Shown here piece after piece: positions 1 to 9,848 of a stretch of 64,000 nt of DNA. The stretch lies in NCBI GenBank assembly GCA_002050435.1, contig MWYV01000030.1, positions 17,446 to 81,445 on the forward strand. Direction: 5' to 3'. The DNA comes from Chitinophagales bacterium 33-2. Lineage in GTDB: Bacteria; Bacteroidota; Bacteroidia; Chitinophagales; Chitinophagaceae. The stretch's first letter is position 1, and every line of letters begins with the position of its first letter. The position numbers and the translations under genes are program-made. The notes under the pieces are model-generated. The model had not been told where the DNA came from. It saw only the letters and a program-made list of their open reading frames with translations, and did not search any database.

Positions 1-672
1 GATGACGTAGTGCAGTTATGGAAGCATGCAGGCACAGCTTATACACCTACACTAATAGTAAGTTATGGAAGTGTAAGCGGGGAATTCTATTGGTACCAGC
101 ATACCAATGTATGGGAGAAGCAAAGGCTCCTCCGCTTTACACCAAGAAATGTTGTTGATACAAGAAGCCGCCACAGGATCATGCTTCCAGAAGAAGAATA
201 CATTAATGGACATATTCTTGTCTCGCAACACCTTAAAAAATTGAATGATGTTGGAGTGAAAATAAATATGGGTGCACACGGACAATTACAGGGATTGGGT
301 GCCCACTGGGAAATTTGGATGATGCAGCAGGGTGGCATGTCAAACCTTGAAGCTTTGAAAACGGCTACCATTAATCCCGCGCAGTCACTGGGTTTTGACC
401 AGTGGATCGGTTCTATAGAAGTGGGCAAACTTGCAGACCTGCTGATCATGGATCTGAACCCATTGGAAAATATCAGGAATACAGAATCCATAAGATATAC
501 CATGATAAATGGCAGGTTGTATGATGCTGAAACCATGAATGAAATCGGCAATTACAATAAAGAAAGGCCAAAATTTTACTGGGAAAATTCAAGGAACGCC
601 GGTGCATTCAGCTGGCCTTCAGAAACGCATACGCAGGAACACGGTGTGCAGTGTCATTGCAGCAGGCATTAA
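1..672 (+). CDS. amidohydrolase family protein, C-terminal part (5' end lies outside the window)
   Basis: Frame 1 is open from nt 1. C-terminal metal-dependent amidohydrolase-like sequence (GKLADLLIMDLNPLENI...INGRLYD). Stop at 670-672. Confidence 0.7.
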   Translation, partial: DDVVQLWKHAGTAYTPTLIVSYGSVSGEFYWYQHTNVWEKQRLLRFTPRNVVDTRSRHRIMLPEEEYINGHILVSQHLKKLNDVGVKINMGAHGQLQGLGAHWEIWMMQQGGMSNLEALKTATINPAQSLGFDQWIGSIEVGKLADLLIMDLNPLENIRNTESIRYTMINGRLYDAETMNEIGNYNKERPKFYWENSRNAGAFSWPSETHTQEHGVQCHCSRH

Positions 673-686
673 CTAAATGAATCGTA

Positions 687-731
687 AGAGACAAAGGTGA
701 AAGTTTCCACTTTCCTTTTGTCTCTTTTTTT
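687..731 (+). terminator. long hairpin plus T-run between convergent genes
   Basis: AGAGACAAAGG / CCTTTTGTCTCT outer stem with inner GAAAGT-TTCC-ACTTTC, followed by T7. The ade stop codon sits in the T-run. Confidence 0.6.
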
Positions 732-2388
732 ATGCGTAAGGTTCAATGAATTGAAACTGGTCACCGTCAAACAATCCAAGGTCGCTTAGTTTTAAATGGG
801 GGATCACCAGTAAGGCCATAAATGATAAGGTCATAAAAGGTGCGGAAAGTTTTGAACCCAATTCTTTTGCAGCTTTATCTACGGCAGCATATTTTTCAGC
901 AATAAGATAACCATCTTCTCCGCTCATTAGTCCGCCAACAGGTAATGGCAATATGTGTTCGGTGTTTTCATCAACAGCACTTACACCACCTTTTTGTTGT
1001 ATTACAAGGTTCACTGCTTTTGCAAGCATGGCATCATTTACACCAACTGCAACAATATTGTGCGAATCATGCGCAACGGAAGATGCAATAGCACCCCGTT
1101 TTAATCCGAAATTTTTGATAAATGCTTTTGCAACAGGGGCATTTTTATAACGGTTCACCACAACGATCTTCAGCAGGTCATTTTCCGGATCACTCATAAT
1201 GTTGCCTGCTGAAACAGGCAATGTGGCTGTCGTTCGATTGGTGATGAGCTGACCGTCCAGCGCTTCCATCACAGTTAAATGAACCTCATTTTTTGTTGAA
1301 GGATGAGGGATGCTGAAATCTTCAGCAGTTTTTTCTGAACACTTAAAATTATTAATTGATTCAAATGAAATGCTGGTTGTGTTGATCAGTGTTTTTCCAT
1401 TTTCTGCAACAAGTTCACCATTAATGTAAGTCTGGATCACTTCGAAATTTTCCAGGTCTTTCACCAGGATGAAATCAGCAAAATCATTTTTCCTGAGCAA
1501 TCCTAGTTTCAACTTATAATGTTCCACCGGGTTCACACAGGCTGCGGTCAGTACTTTAAAAACATCGATGCCTTTGGCCACCGCTCTTTTGCACAATTCA
1601 TTAATATGGCTGATCACGAGGCTGTCGGGATGTTTATCATCACTGCAAAACATCATTTGCTTCCAATGTTCATCGAGCAATTGCACCAGGGCCTCAAAAT
1701 TTTTGGCTGCACTGCCTTCGCGGATCATGATCTTCATTCCCCAGCTAAGTTTATCAAGTGCTTCTTCAGCTGTAAAGCATTCATGATCTGTTGAAATACC
1801 TGCTTCAATATATCTTTTGACATCATCACCCCGCAGTCCCGGTGCATGACCATCAACAGGTTTGCCAAACCTTTTTGCAGCACTGATCTTTTTCATTACT
1901 GCTTCATCCTGCTGTAGCACACCTGGAAAATTCATCATTTCACTCAGGTAAAGAATGTCTTCCTGTCTGAGCATATCTTCAATCTGGGTTGAATCAATCG
2001 TATCTCCGGCTGTTTCAAACACGGTGGCAGGCACACAACTGGGTGCGCCAAAATGAAATTTGAACGGAACTTTTTTCCCATTAGCGATCATAAAGTCAAC
2101 CCCTTTTTTGCCACAGACATTGGCAATTTCATGAGGGTCGCTCACGGTGGCAACAGTTCCGTGCACAACTGCAAGTTTGGCAAATTCAGATGGAATGAGC
2201 ATGGAGCTTTCTATGTGTATGTGGGCATCAATAAAGCCAGGGATGATGTAAGGAAGTTCCGGATCGGCAGCTTCAGAAATTTCATCAATGGAAATGATCC
2301 TGATCCCTTCCACCGTCACTGTTCCCCTGAAAATCTTTTTTTGAAAAAGGTCTACAACATTTCCTGTGATCGAAAAGTTTTTATTCAT
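730..2388 (-). CDS. ade: adenine deaminase
   Basis: 552 aa. N-terminal [14 protein letters not shown] and [10 protein letters not shown] motifs are typical of adenine deaminase. Confidence 0.9.
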   Translation of the reverse strand: MNKNFSITGNVVDLFQKKIFRGTVTVEGIRIISIDEISEAADPELPYIIPGFIDAHIHIESSMLIPSEFAKLAVVHGTVATVSDPHEIANVCGKKGVDFMIANGKKVPFKFHFGAPSCVPATVFETAGDTIDSTQIEDMLRQEDILYLSEMMNFPGVLQQDEAVMKKISAAKRFGKPVDGHAPGLRGDDVKRYIEAGISTDHECFTAEEALDKLSWGMKIMIREGSAAKNFEALVQLLDEHWKQMMFCSDDKHPDSLVISHINELCKRAVAKGIDVFKVLTAACVNPVEHYKLKLGLLRKNDFADFILVKDLENFEVIQTYINGELVAENGKTLINTTSISFESINNFKCSEKTAEDFSIPHPSTKNEVHLTVMEALDGQLITNRTTATLPVSAGNIMSDPENDLLKIVVVNRYKNAPVAKAFIKNFGLKRGAIASSVAHDSHNIVAVGVNDAMLAKAVNLVIQQKGGVSAVDENTEHILPLPVGGLMSGEDGYLIAEKYAAVDKAAKELGSKLSAPFMTLSFMALLVIPHLKLSDLGLFDGDQFQFIEPYA

Positions 2389-2454
2389 GAAATAAAGCTA
2401 TCAAATAATCATAATGCGTTTCCATTTTTAGTAGTTTGCCGGATAATAGCATTT

Positions 2455-4815
2455 ATGTCAAAGGTTTTCTTATTCCTTTTATATTTATTGGGCTGTCATA
2501 ATTTATATGCCCAGCAAAAACCCGCAGCACATTTCGACCTTCCTGCAAAAAATGGTTTTTACAGGATAACGACTTACGATACAAATATTTTCCGGATTGC
2601 CTATCATCCTGATCACAATCGAAAAACGGAGCTCATTTCTGATGCAGTTCATATTGCACCATCGCATTCTTTAAATCGTAAATCCATCAGCAGGGTTGGG
2701 GATTCTTTATTCATTAAAGGAAGACTGGTTATTTCCGGAACACATGATGACGGCGCGTACCGGGGGTTTTATTTTCCGCTGGGAAAAAATGAAAAAATCT
2801 TTGGTGCAGGAGAAAGAGCGTTGCCGCTTAACAGAAAAGGGTACAGGCTTTCCCTTTACAACAATCCCTGGTATGGGTATAGTGAAGGTGCCGACAATCT
2901 GAATTATTCAGTGCCCTTCATTACTTCTTCCGAAGGATATGCCTTGTTTTTTGATAATCCCTCCCGGGGTTATCTTGATATTGGCAAACAGCAAGAGGGA
3001 AGGCTTGAATTTGGTGCAATTTCAGGAGAGTCAAATGTTTTTGTCATATTCGGAAACTACCGCCAGGTACTTGCAGCTTATCATAAACTGACTGGTTATC
3101 AGCCCCTGCCTCCGCTTTGGGCTATGGGTAATTTGATGAGCAGGTTTGGTTACAGAAGTGAAAAGGAAGTTCAGGACATCTACAGCGCCATGCGGAATAA
3201 CAATATGCCTGTTGACGCAATTATCTATGATCTTTTCTGGTTTGGCGACAGTATCAAGGGAACAATGGGAAACCTGGAATGGGTCAACCGTCAGAAATGG
3301 CCTGATCCCGTGAAAATGATTAACAGCTTCAAGGAAAAAGGCGTTCAGACACTCCTGGTAACCGAACCTTTTTTTGTAGAAACTTCCACTAATTATAAAG
3401 CTTCACTTCCTTATCTGGCGGTGGACAGTAACAGGAAGCCTTACTATCTCACGGATTTTTATTTTGGCAAAGGCGGCCTGCTCGACATTTTCAGAAATGA
3501 TGCAAAAGTATGGTTCTGGAATTTTTATAAAAAGCAAATGGACCTTGGGGTGGAAGCCTGGTGGGGTGATCTTGGCGAGCCCGAAAAACATCCTGCTGAC
3601 CTATTTCATAATTTACACGACAAGGGCTATAAACGATTGTTTGCGGCGGATGAAGTGCATAATCTATACGGTCATGAATGGACAAAAATGTTGTTTCATC
3701 AATATGCAAAACATTATCCGGATAAACGATTATTTAGTTTGAACCGCAGCGGGTTTTCTGGCAGCCAGCGCTTTTCTATTTTTCCCTGGACGGGTGATGT
3801 AAGTCGCAACTGGAGCGGTTTCCGTGCGCAGCTCCCCATCTTGTTGGGAATGACGATGAGCGGGGTGCCTTATGTGCACAGCGATGCGGGTGGTTTTGCC
3901 GGTGGCGAAGGTGACGAAGAATTATATGTAAGGTGGTTGCAGTTTGCAGCATTTACGCCCATCTTCCGGCCTCATGGAACGGCGTTGTATGATGTGGAAC
4001 CTGCAGCATTTAGTTTTCCAAGTGAAGCTGCCCTGTTTACAGGCCGTTTTCGCGACGCTGCGGGAAAGGCGATAAGGTTACGCTATTCTTTTCTTCCTTA
4101 CAATTATACGCTGGCTTATGAGCAGGCTGTAAATGGTAAGCCTCTGATGGCACCTCTGTATTATTTTTATTCAAATGATACAACTGCTTCACAGATTGAA
4201 GATCAGTATATGTGGGGTGAGCAAGTTTTGGTGGCGCCCGTGATTCACAAAAATACAGGGATTAGAAATTATTACCTGCCCGAAGGAAAGTGGTATCACT
4301 TTTTTGATGGGCGCATGCTTGCGGGGAAATCCTGGATCAGCGACAGTACCTACCTGGACAATTTTCCATTACTGATAAAAGAAGGCAGTTTTGTGCCGCT
4401 GGATGGCATGTTCCGCACGGTGCCCAATACTGCTGCCTATACTTCCGATTCACTTGTTTTGTTGTATGTGCCTTCATCCAAACCATCTTTCAGCAAAATG
4501 TACCATGATGATGGCAAATCAAAACATGCGCTGCAGCATAAAAACTTTGAACTGATACAATTTTCCTCAACAGGAATCAAAAACAAATCAACTTTAATTG
4601 TGGTACGTGCTGAGCGGCAGAAAATCAGGACAATAAAAAATCGACAGGTGTATTTGTTGATTCCCGGCCCACCCAAAGCAATCGATAAGGTAATGGTGAA
4701 TCACAAAATGATTGATTTAGGAAATGCAGCAACAATTGTAGACCTTCCGGAAAACGCACTCATTCCGTTTGTTTTTAATGGGAATGAAGTGAAGATCAGG
4801 ATTTACTGGAAATGA
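2455..4815 (+). CDS. glycoside hydrolase family 31 (alpha-glucosidase/alpha-xylosidase-like), secreted
   Basis: The track ORF begins at 2053 but overlaps ade antisense. The in-frame ATG at 2455 gives signal peptide MSKVFLFLLYLLGCHNLYAQ. GH31-type motifs WWGDLGEPE and FPWTGDV are present. Confidence 0.85.
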   Translation: MSKVFLFLLYLLGCHNLYAQQKPAAHFDLPAKNGFYRITTYDTNIFRIAYHPDHNRKTELISDAVHIAPSHSLNRKSISRVGDSLFIKGRLVISGTHDDGAYRGFYFPLGKNEKIFGAGERALPLNRKGYRLSLYNNPWYGYSEGADNLNYSVPFITSSEGYALFFDNPSRGYLDIGKQQEGRLEFGAISGESNVFVIFGNYRQVLAAYHKLTGYQPLPPLWAMGNLMSRFGYRSEKEVQDIYSAMRNNNMPVDAIIYDLFWFGDSIKGTMGNLEWVNRQKWPDPVKMINSFKEKGVQTLLVTEPFFVETSTNYKASLPYLAVDSNRKPYYLTDFYFGKGGLLDIFRNDAKVWFWNFYKKQMDLGVEAWWGDLGEPEKHPADLFHNLHDKGYKRLFAADEVHNLYGHEWTKMLFHQYAKHYPDKRLFSLNRSGFSGSQRFSIFPWTGDVSRNWSGFRAQLPILLGMTMSGVPYVHSDAGGFAGGEGDEELYVRWLQFAAFTPIFRPHGTALYDVEPAAFSFPSEAALFTGRFRDAAGKAIRLRYSFLPYNYTLAYEQAVNGKPLMAPLYYFYSNDTTASQIEDQYMWGEQVLVAPVIHKNTGIRNYYLPEGKWYHFFDGRMLAGKSWISDSTYLDNFPLLIKEGSFVPLDGMFRTVPNTAAYTSDSLVLLYVPSSKPSFSKMYHDDGKSKHALQHKNFELIQFSSTGIKNKSTLIVVRAERQKIRTIKNRQVYLLIPGPPKAIDKVMVNHKMIDLGNAATIVDLPENALIPFVFNGNEVKIRIYWK

Positions 4816-4900
4816 TCAATGCCATTAAATTTGTTTGCGTTCACCATTGCTGGCATGATTATATAGTATTAGTTCACGCAGAAAAAGCAGAACCCTAACC

Positions 4901-5596
4901 ATGAAGTGTCTTATTGTTGATGATAATAAAATGGCCCGCATGGCATTGAGCCAGCTGGTTGTACAAACTCCTTCTCTTGAATTGATAAAGGAATGCAGTG
5001 ATCCTGCGGAAGCCCTGGAGGTTTTAAATTCCATTCCCGTAGACCTTGTGCTCCTGGATATTGAAATGCCCGAAATGACCGGTATCGAGCTCACCCGGAA
5101 AATGGGTAAGCAAAGACCACTGATCATATTCACTACTTCAAAAACTGATTATGCAGCCGAGGCTTTTGAGCTGAATGTGGTTGACTACCTGGTAAAACCT
5201 ATTGGTCTGCAAAGATTTAAACAGGCCATTGACAAAGCAAATGAAGTTCTTGAAAGCAATAAGGAAGAAGTGAAAGTGGAAGATCAGGCGTTTGTTTTCG
5301 TTAAAGACAATGGGATTCTGAAAAGGATCAGCATCGACGACATTTTATTCCTTGAGGCCATGGGTGATTATGTAAAAGTGCATACCTCGCAGAAATTTCA
5401 CGTAGTTCATGCAACTTTAAAGTCCATCGAAGAGAAACTTCCTTCTACTAAATTTATCCGCGTTCACCGGAGTTACATCGTGGCAATCAATAAGATCGAT
5501 TACATCCAGGAGGGTACGATCAGTATCGGAAAAACCAGTATTCCGGTGGCAGATACCCATAAATCCAATTTAAACAAGCGTTTAAACCTGCTTTAG
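4901..5596 (+). CDS. LytTR-family two-component response regulator
   Basis: REC domain (LIVDDN...DLVLLDIEMPEMTG) followed by a C-terminal LytTR DNA-binding domain (FIRVHRSYIVAINKI). Confidence 0.9.
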   Translation: MKCLIVDDNKMARMALSQLVVQTPSLELIKECSDPAEALEVLNSIPVDLVLLDIEMPEMTGIELTRKMGKQRPLIIFTTSKTDYAAEAFELNVVDYLVKPIGLQRFKQAIDKANEVLESNKEEVKVEDQAFVFVKDNGILKRISIDDILFLEAMGDYVKVHTSQKFHVVHATLKSIEEKLPSTKFIRVHRSYIVAINKIDYIQEGTISIGKTSIPVADTHKSNLNKRLNLL

Positions 5597-5676
5597 TTTC
5601 ACCGGATATAAATTCATTTTCATCGAAGCGGATTGTTGTTTAGCCTAAAGTAGCTTTTAACAATCAATTGTCTGTA

Positions 5677-5684
5677 TATTTTTG
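5677..5684 (+). promoter_or_regulatory. candidate Bacteroidota -7 box (TAnnTTTG)
   Basis: TATTTTTG matches TAnnTTTG. No clear -33 TTTG. The motif can occur by chance in AT-rich DNA. Confidence 0.25.
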
Positions 5685-5689
5685 TGTCA

Positions 5690-5818
5690 AGTCACTACCA
5701 GAAAAGTCTTGACCCTAAAAGAGCAATACATCGCCGGTCGCAACCAAACTAATTTTTTTACCTGTATTGCCAACAAACTAACTAGGAGGCTGCCTCCGCA
5801 GCCTCTTTTATTTTTTTT
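5690..5818 (+). ncRNA. candidate small RNA or 5' leader/attenuator (three stem-loops, ends in an intrinsic terminator)
   Basis: The 222-nt spacer has no ATG at all. SL1 is GTCAAG(5686-5691)/CTTGAC(5708-5713). SL2 is GCAATACA(5723-5730)/TGTATTGC(5763-5770). SL3 is the terminator. Confidence 0.3.
5786..5818 (+). terminator. rho-independent terminator
   Basis: GAGGCTGC-CTCC-GCAGCCTC perfect 8-bp GC-rich stem followed by TTTTATTTTTTTT. It abuts the ATG at 5819. Confidence 0.7.
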
Positions 5819-6007
5819 ATGAAGAAGTTTTTGATATTCTTATTGTTCATTTGCCTTCTGATTCTGGGGTCGCACTATTTCTTTACTGAAATGTTTACTT
5901 TAAAGAGGGCCGCTGTGCTGGCTCCATGTTTACTGCTCATCGTTTTTTCTATTTTTGGCATCTTTCGTTTCTCTAAAAGATACATTATCAACACAAAACA
6001 TTCCTGA
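5819..6007 (+). CDS. small hydrophobic protein (two predicted TM segments), hypothetical
   Basis: 62-aa ORF with two hydrophobic stretches, same strand and 39 nt upstream of the hybrid kinase. No family recognised. Confidence 0.4.
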   Translation: MKKFLIFLLFICLLILGSHYFFTEMFTLKRAAVLAPCLLLIVFSIFGIFRFSKRYIINTKHS

Positions 6008-6046
6008 TCGCACTTTCCCTTTTTGTATTTTCGGTAGCTTTAACAG

Positions 6047-8215
6047 ATGCTGAAACCGGAATACAGATATTGGGTGTTGTGGCTATTTCTGCTGGGTGTT
6101 CTATTCATCGTTTTCCTGCAGGTTGTTTCCGGGTATAATATAAACCGGCTGATCCAGGGTAATAAAACGCTTTTAAAAGAATTGAGAATCCAGAATGAAC
6201 TTCAAAAGCTGGAGGCAGACATTGTGATCATGGAAAGTGATATTCGTGGAGCCGTCATCACTTCGAATGTTTCCCTTCTTAATGATATTGAGTTTAAAAT
6301 AAGTGATATTCAGGAAGGTTTAAATTTTCTTGATACCCAGTATATTTCCCAGGTTCCGCACCATGTGGTCAACCAGTTGAAAAGACAGGTGCAGGCCAAG
6401 ATCCTGTTTAGCAACGATATTTTAAATGCTTTTAATTCAAAAGGCAAATCTGAAGCGGAAGCAATCATCAATTCAAACCGAGGTCAGCTCCTGCGTGATA
6501 GTATTATTTCCGGTGTGAACCATCTTGACAGCCTGCGCCGTTCCAAACTTTCGATGATCTCAGATGCTACTGAAGCCACAGGCAGAAGCGCCCGTATCTG
6601 GGGGGTAATTGTTACCACCATTGCCTTGCTGGCAGTTGTATTGGCTTTCTGGTATATGATGAACCAGGGAAAACAACAACAGAAGATCATTAAACTCTTA
6701 AATGAATCGGATAAAAGGAACAGGGAGGTGGCCGATATGAAGGAGCAGTTCCTTGCCAATATGAGTCATGAGATCCGTACACCCATGAATTCGATTCTTG
6801 GATTTACCAATCTCCTGCGCCGCACCCTGTTGAATGACCAGCAAAGAGATTTCGTACAGAACATTCATTCCTCCGGGGAAAATCTGCTGGCACTTGTTAA
6901 CGACATCCTGGACCTTTCAAAGATCGAAGCTGGAATGATGCAGCTGGATGAAATAAGATTTAGCCTGCATAGCATCATCAGTTCTGTAGGTGCCATGTTT
7001 ATGGAAAAAATGACGGAAAAGGAAATTGCCTTTGAAGTCAACATTGATAACGATGTGCCGGATATTTTCCAGGGCGATGCCGTAAGGCTTACGCAGATAC
7101 TGGTTAATCTTGTAAGCAATGCAGTAAAATTTACAGAGCAGGGAAAGATTACGCTGCACATTCAATTATTAAAAACGCTTGGCGATCAAGTGCGCATCTG
7201 CATTTCTGTTCGCGACACTGGTATAGGCATTGCGCCGGAAAAACAGGCTGCCATTTTTGAACGTTTTCAACAGGCAGAAACAGAAACCACCAGGAGGTTT
7301 GGCGGAACCGGTCTTGGACTGGCCATTGTTAAACAGCTGGTGGATCTTCAGAAAGGCAAAATATCCCTTGAAAGCCATCCCGAAAAAGGGACGGAATTTA
7401 GGGTGGAGCTGGATTATAAACTTCCTGATATGGATAAATTATTCCAGGAAGCAATGGCGGCAGAAAGTGAGCCGGTTTCCTTACAAAAGATCAAAGCTTT
7501 AATTGCTGAAGATAATTTAATGAACCAGCACCTGATTGCCCACCTGATGAAAAGCTGGTCGATCGATTTTAAAATCGTTCATAACGGTGCAGAAGCAATT
7601 GAAGAATTAAAAAAGGATCATTATTCAATCATCCTGATGGATATCCAGATGCCTGAAATGGATGGCTATACAGCAACGGGCATCATACGCCATGAATTAA
7701 AAAATGAAATTCCGATTATCGCCATGACAGCGCATGCTATGATGGGGGAAAAGGAAAAATGTATGAACCTGGGTATGAACGATTATGTATCAAAACCGAT
7801 TAAAGAAACAGTGTTGTATAACATTATTGCAAGGCATGCGCAACAATCTGCGGAATGGCACCAGCCTTCGTATCAGCACATCAACCTGGAATACCTTCAT
7901 GAATTATCAGGCAATGATGCAGGCTTCGAATCACAGCTCCTCCAGCAATTCATTCAACAGGTGCCGCTGGAACTGGAGCAATTAAAAAATGCGATTGTTG
8001 AAAAGGATTATAACGCGGCAAAGAACGTAGCCCATAGTATGAAATCAACCATAGGTTATGTGGGAATGTCGGAAGACCTGCATCCTGCCCTCGATCGGAT
8101 AGAACAAAACACAAAGCAGGAGGAAAACAGCCACTTATGGGAAGAGTACTGCTATATTGAATCCAAATGCCATTCGGCAATCGAAGAAGTCAAAGATTTT
8201 TTTGAGAAAAGTTAA
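6047..8215 (+). CDS. hybrid sensor histidine kinase/response regulator with CHASE3-like sensor, REC and HPt domains
   Basis: TM-flanked N-terminal sensor region, HisKA H-box SHEIRTPMNSILG, HATPase (DTGIGI...GGTGLGL), REC (LMDIQMPEMDG), C-terminal HPt (AHSMKSTIGYVG). Confidence 0.9.
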   Translation: MLKPEYRYWVLWLFLLGVLFIVFLQVVSGYNINRLIQGNKTLLKELRIQNELQKLEADIVIMESDIRGAVITSNVSLLNDIEFKISDIQEGLNFLDTQYISQVPHHVVNQLKRQVQAKILFSNDILNAFNSKGKSEAEAIINSNRGQLLRDSIISGVNHLDSLRRSKLSMISDATEATGRSARIWGVIVTTIALLAVVLAFWYMMNQGKQQQKIIKLLNESDKRNREVADMKEQFLANMSHEIRTPMNSILGFTNLLRRTLLNDQQRDFVQNIHSSGENLLALVNDILDLSKIEAGMMQLDEIRFSLHSIISSVGAMFMEKMTEKEIAFEVNIDNDVPDIFQGDAVRLTQILVNLVSNAVKFTEQGKITLHIQLLKTLGDQVRICISVRDTGIGIAPEKQAAIFERFQQAETETTRRFGGTGLGLAIVKQLVDLQKGKISLESHPEKGTEFRVELDYKLPDMDKLFQEAMAAESEPVSLQKIKALIAEDNLMNQHLIAHLMKSWSIDFKIVHNGAEAIEELKKDHYSIILMDIQMPEMDGYTATGIIRHELKNEIPIIAMTAHAMMGEKEKCMNLGMNDYVSKPIKETVLYNIIARHAQQSAEWHQPSYQHINLEYLHELSGNDAGFESQLLQQFIQQVPLELEQLKNAIVEKDYNAAKNVAHSMKSTIGYVGMSEDLHPALDRIEQNTKQEENSHLWEEYCYIESKCHSAIEEVKDFFEKS

Positions 8216-8372
8216 TATAATCGAAAGCTAAAATTTATCGATGGTTTGAAGCATTTCATCGAATGGGGATGCATTGAAAACAATGACCACTTAACTTTAA
8301 TCTATCTACTTAAATAACTGATCACAACTTTTTAATAATATTCGAACAAGGTTTCGTATGGTTAAGGGTGAA

Positions 8373-8403
8373 GCCCTGCTTTTCTAAGCGGGGCACTTTT
8401 TTT
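8373..8403 (+). terminator. rho-independent terminator
   Basis: GCCCTGC / GCGGGGC 7-bp stem (one G-U pair) followed by T7, about 155 nt after the kinase stop. Confidence 0.6.
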
Positions 8404-8450
8404 CCTAAAAATCTTGCAAGCTTTCTGATTTAGGAAGCATTGTCCTAATC

Positions 8451-8480
8451 AATAGCGTCCTGTTTCAACAGGAGGCTATT
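8451..8480. terminator. 13-bp hairpin downstream of trmD (no U-run)
   Basis: AATAGCGTCCTGT-TTCA-ACAGGAGGCTATT with one mismatch. Confidence 0.35.
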
Positions 8481-8519
8481 ACATTCCGCTGTTTAGTTTA
8501 ATTGAACTTTTCCTGATTT

Positions 8520-9206
8520 TTACACTTCATCTTCCTGTAAAAGATCAGGTCTTCTTTGTTTGGTTCTTTCCGTTGCTTTTTCATAGCGCCATTCTTCAAT
8601 TTTTTTAGGATCACCACCCAATAAAATTTCCGGAACTTTCCATCCCCTGAAATCCGATGGCCTGGTATAAACCGGTGGCGCCAGCAGGTTATCCTGGAAA
8701 GAATCGGTGAGTGCAGAAGTTTCATCATTTAAAACCCCGGGTAATAATCTGCCGAGAGCATCCACCAAAACTGCAGCTGCAAGTTCGCCTCCGCTTAAAA
8801 CGTAATCGCCAATTGAAATTTCCATGGTTACATAATGTTCCCTGATCCTTTCATCAATGCCTTTATAATGGCCACAGATCATTAGTAAATTCTTCTTTAA
8901 AGAAAGGCTGTTGGCTATTTTCTGATTCAGTGTTTTTCCATCCGGGGTTAAAAATATTATAGCGTCATAGGTCACTTCTTTCTGCAGATCATCAATTGCT
9001 TTTGCCAGCGGTTCGCACATCATAACCATGCCTGCTCCGCCTCCATATTGGTAATCATCAACCTGGCCGTACTCATTCACCGCCCATTTCCTCAGGCTGT
9101 GAATATGAACCTGCAATAACCCTTTATCTTTTGCGCGCTTCATTATGGAATGGGATAAAGGACTTTCCAGTAGTTCAGGTAGTACAGTAATGATGTCGAT
9201 CTGCAT
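8520..9206 (-). CDS. trmD: tRNA (guanine37-N1)-methyltransferase
   Basis: [17 protein letters not shown]... is the canonical TrmD N-terminus. Start moved to the ATG at 9206 from the track start at 9245. Confidence 0.9.
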   Translation of the reverse strand: MQIDIITVLPELLESPLSHSIMKRAKDKGLLQVHIHSLRKWAVNEYGQVDDYQYGGGAGMVMMCEPLAKAIDDLQKEVTYDAIIFLTPDGKTLNQKIANSLSLKKNLLMICGHYKGIDERIREHYVTMEISIGDYVLSGGELAAAVLVDALGRLLPGVLNDETSALTDSFQDNLLAPPVYTRPSDFRGWKVPEILLGGDPKKIEEWRYEKATERTKQRRPDLLQEDEV

Positions 9207-9468
9207 GCTGCAAAGATAGGTGCAAAAAAAAGTGTCCCCCTTCACCCTGGTACATCAGTTCAATCATCTGGCTGTTCTCATCTTTATATTCTTTTAAATT
9301 GTTTTTCAACATTTCAACAAGAGGTTTCAATGATTTAGCCATATCAGCAGTTGATTTTGAAATATTGAGCTCTGTTCCTTTTATTGATTTTTCAGTTTCT
9401 TCAATACGTGCTTTCCTGATGGATTCTTTAGTTACTTCTTTATAATCGGGCTGGGTTGGTTGGGCCAT
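9175..9468 (-). CDS. hypothetical protein (Lys/Glu-rich); 3' end overlaps trmD
   Basis: 97-aa ORF. Its start overlaps the upstream stop as TAATG. Its tail runs 32 nt into trmD in another frame. No family recognised. Confidence 0.4.
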   Translation of the reverse strand: MAQPTQPDYKEVTKESIRKARIEETEKSIKGTELNISKSTADMAKSLKPLVEMLKNNLKEYKDENSQMIELMYQGEGGHFFLHLSLQHADRHHYCTT

Positions 9469-9779
9469 TATTCTAGATCCTCATATTGCTTTATAAAGCT
9501 TTGACTGTTTAATTGTGTTTTTGAATACTGAAGCAGATCAAGTGTAATTGCTTTGCGATCGCCTGTTACAATGCTTTTCAGGTTTTTTGCACCAAAATAA
9601 TGCAGGTAACCATTCTTAAAGCTTTCTTCAATGTTCTTTGTGCCTTTTTCCCTGGTGATGCCCAGGTGTTGCCAGATATCATTGAATGGGCTTGACTGGA
9701 AAGAAATCAGGACAACTGAGAGCAGCGCTACGGCAAAAATAACAAGTGCAGTTTTTAATAAATGGTGAAGTAGGTTCAT
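9468..9779 (-). CDS. hypothetical membrane-anchored protein
   Basis: 103-aa ORF with an N-terminal TM helix (ALVIFAVALLSVVLISF). No family recognised. Confidence 0.45.
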   Translation of the reverse strand: MNLLHHLLKTALVIFAVALLSVVLISFQSSPFNDIWQHLGITREKGTKNIEESFKNGYLHYFGAKNLKSIVTGDRKAITLDLLQYSKTQLNSQSFIKQYEDLE

Positions 9780-9848
9780 AAAAATTTATTGAGTTGTAAA
9801 ATTGCATATCTGCCTCATGCGATTTTTCCCTTGTTGTTTGATTTGCAG

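Noticed and set aside
2053-2454. 134-codon N-terminal extension of the GH31 ORF in the track
   Set aside because: It lies antisense to the 5' end of the well-supported adenine deaminase gene. The in-frame ATG at 2455 gives a clean signal peptide, so the extension is an ORF-caller artefact.
2389-2454. Possible purine riboswitch upstream of adenine deaminase
   Set aside because: Only 66 nt separate ade from the divergent GH31 start. That is too short for a purine aptamer plus expression platform, and I see no conserved aptamer junction sequence.
8216-8372. Possible sRNA between the hybrid kinase stop and the terminator at 8373-8403
   Set aside because: I found no promoter-like box and only a weak 7-bp hairpin (ATCGATG/CATCGAT). 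A long 3' UTR of the kinase gene explains it more simply.
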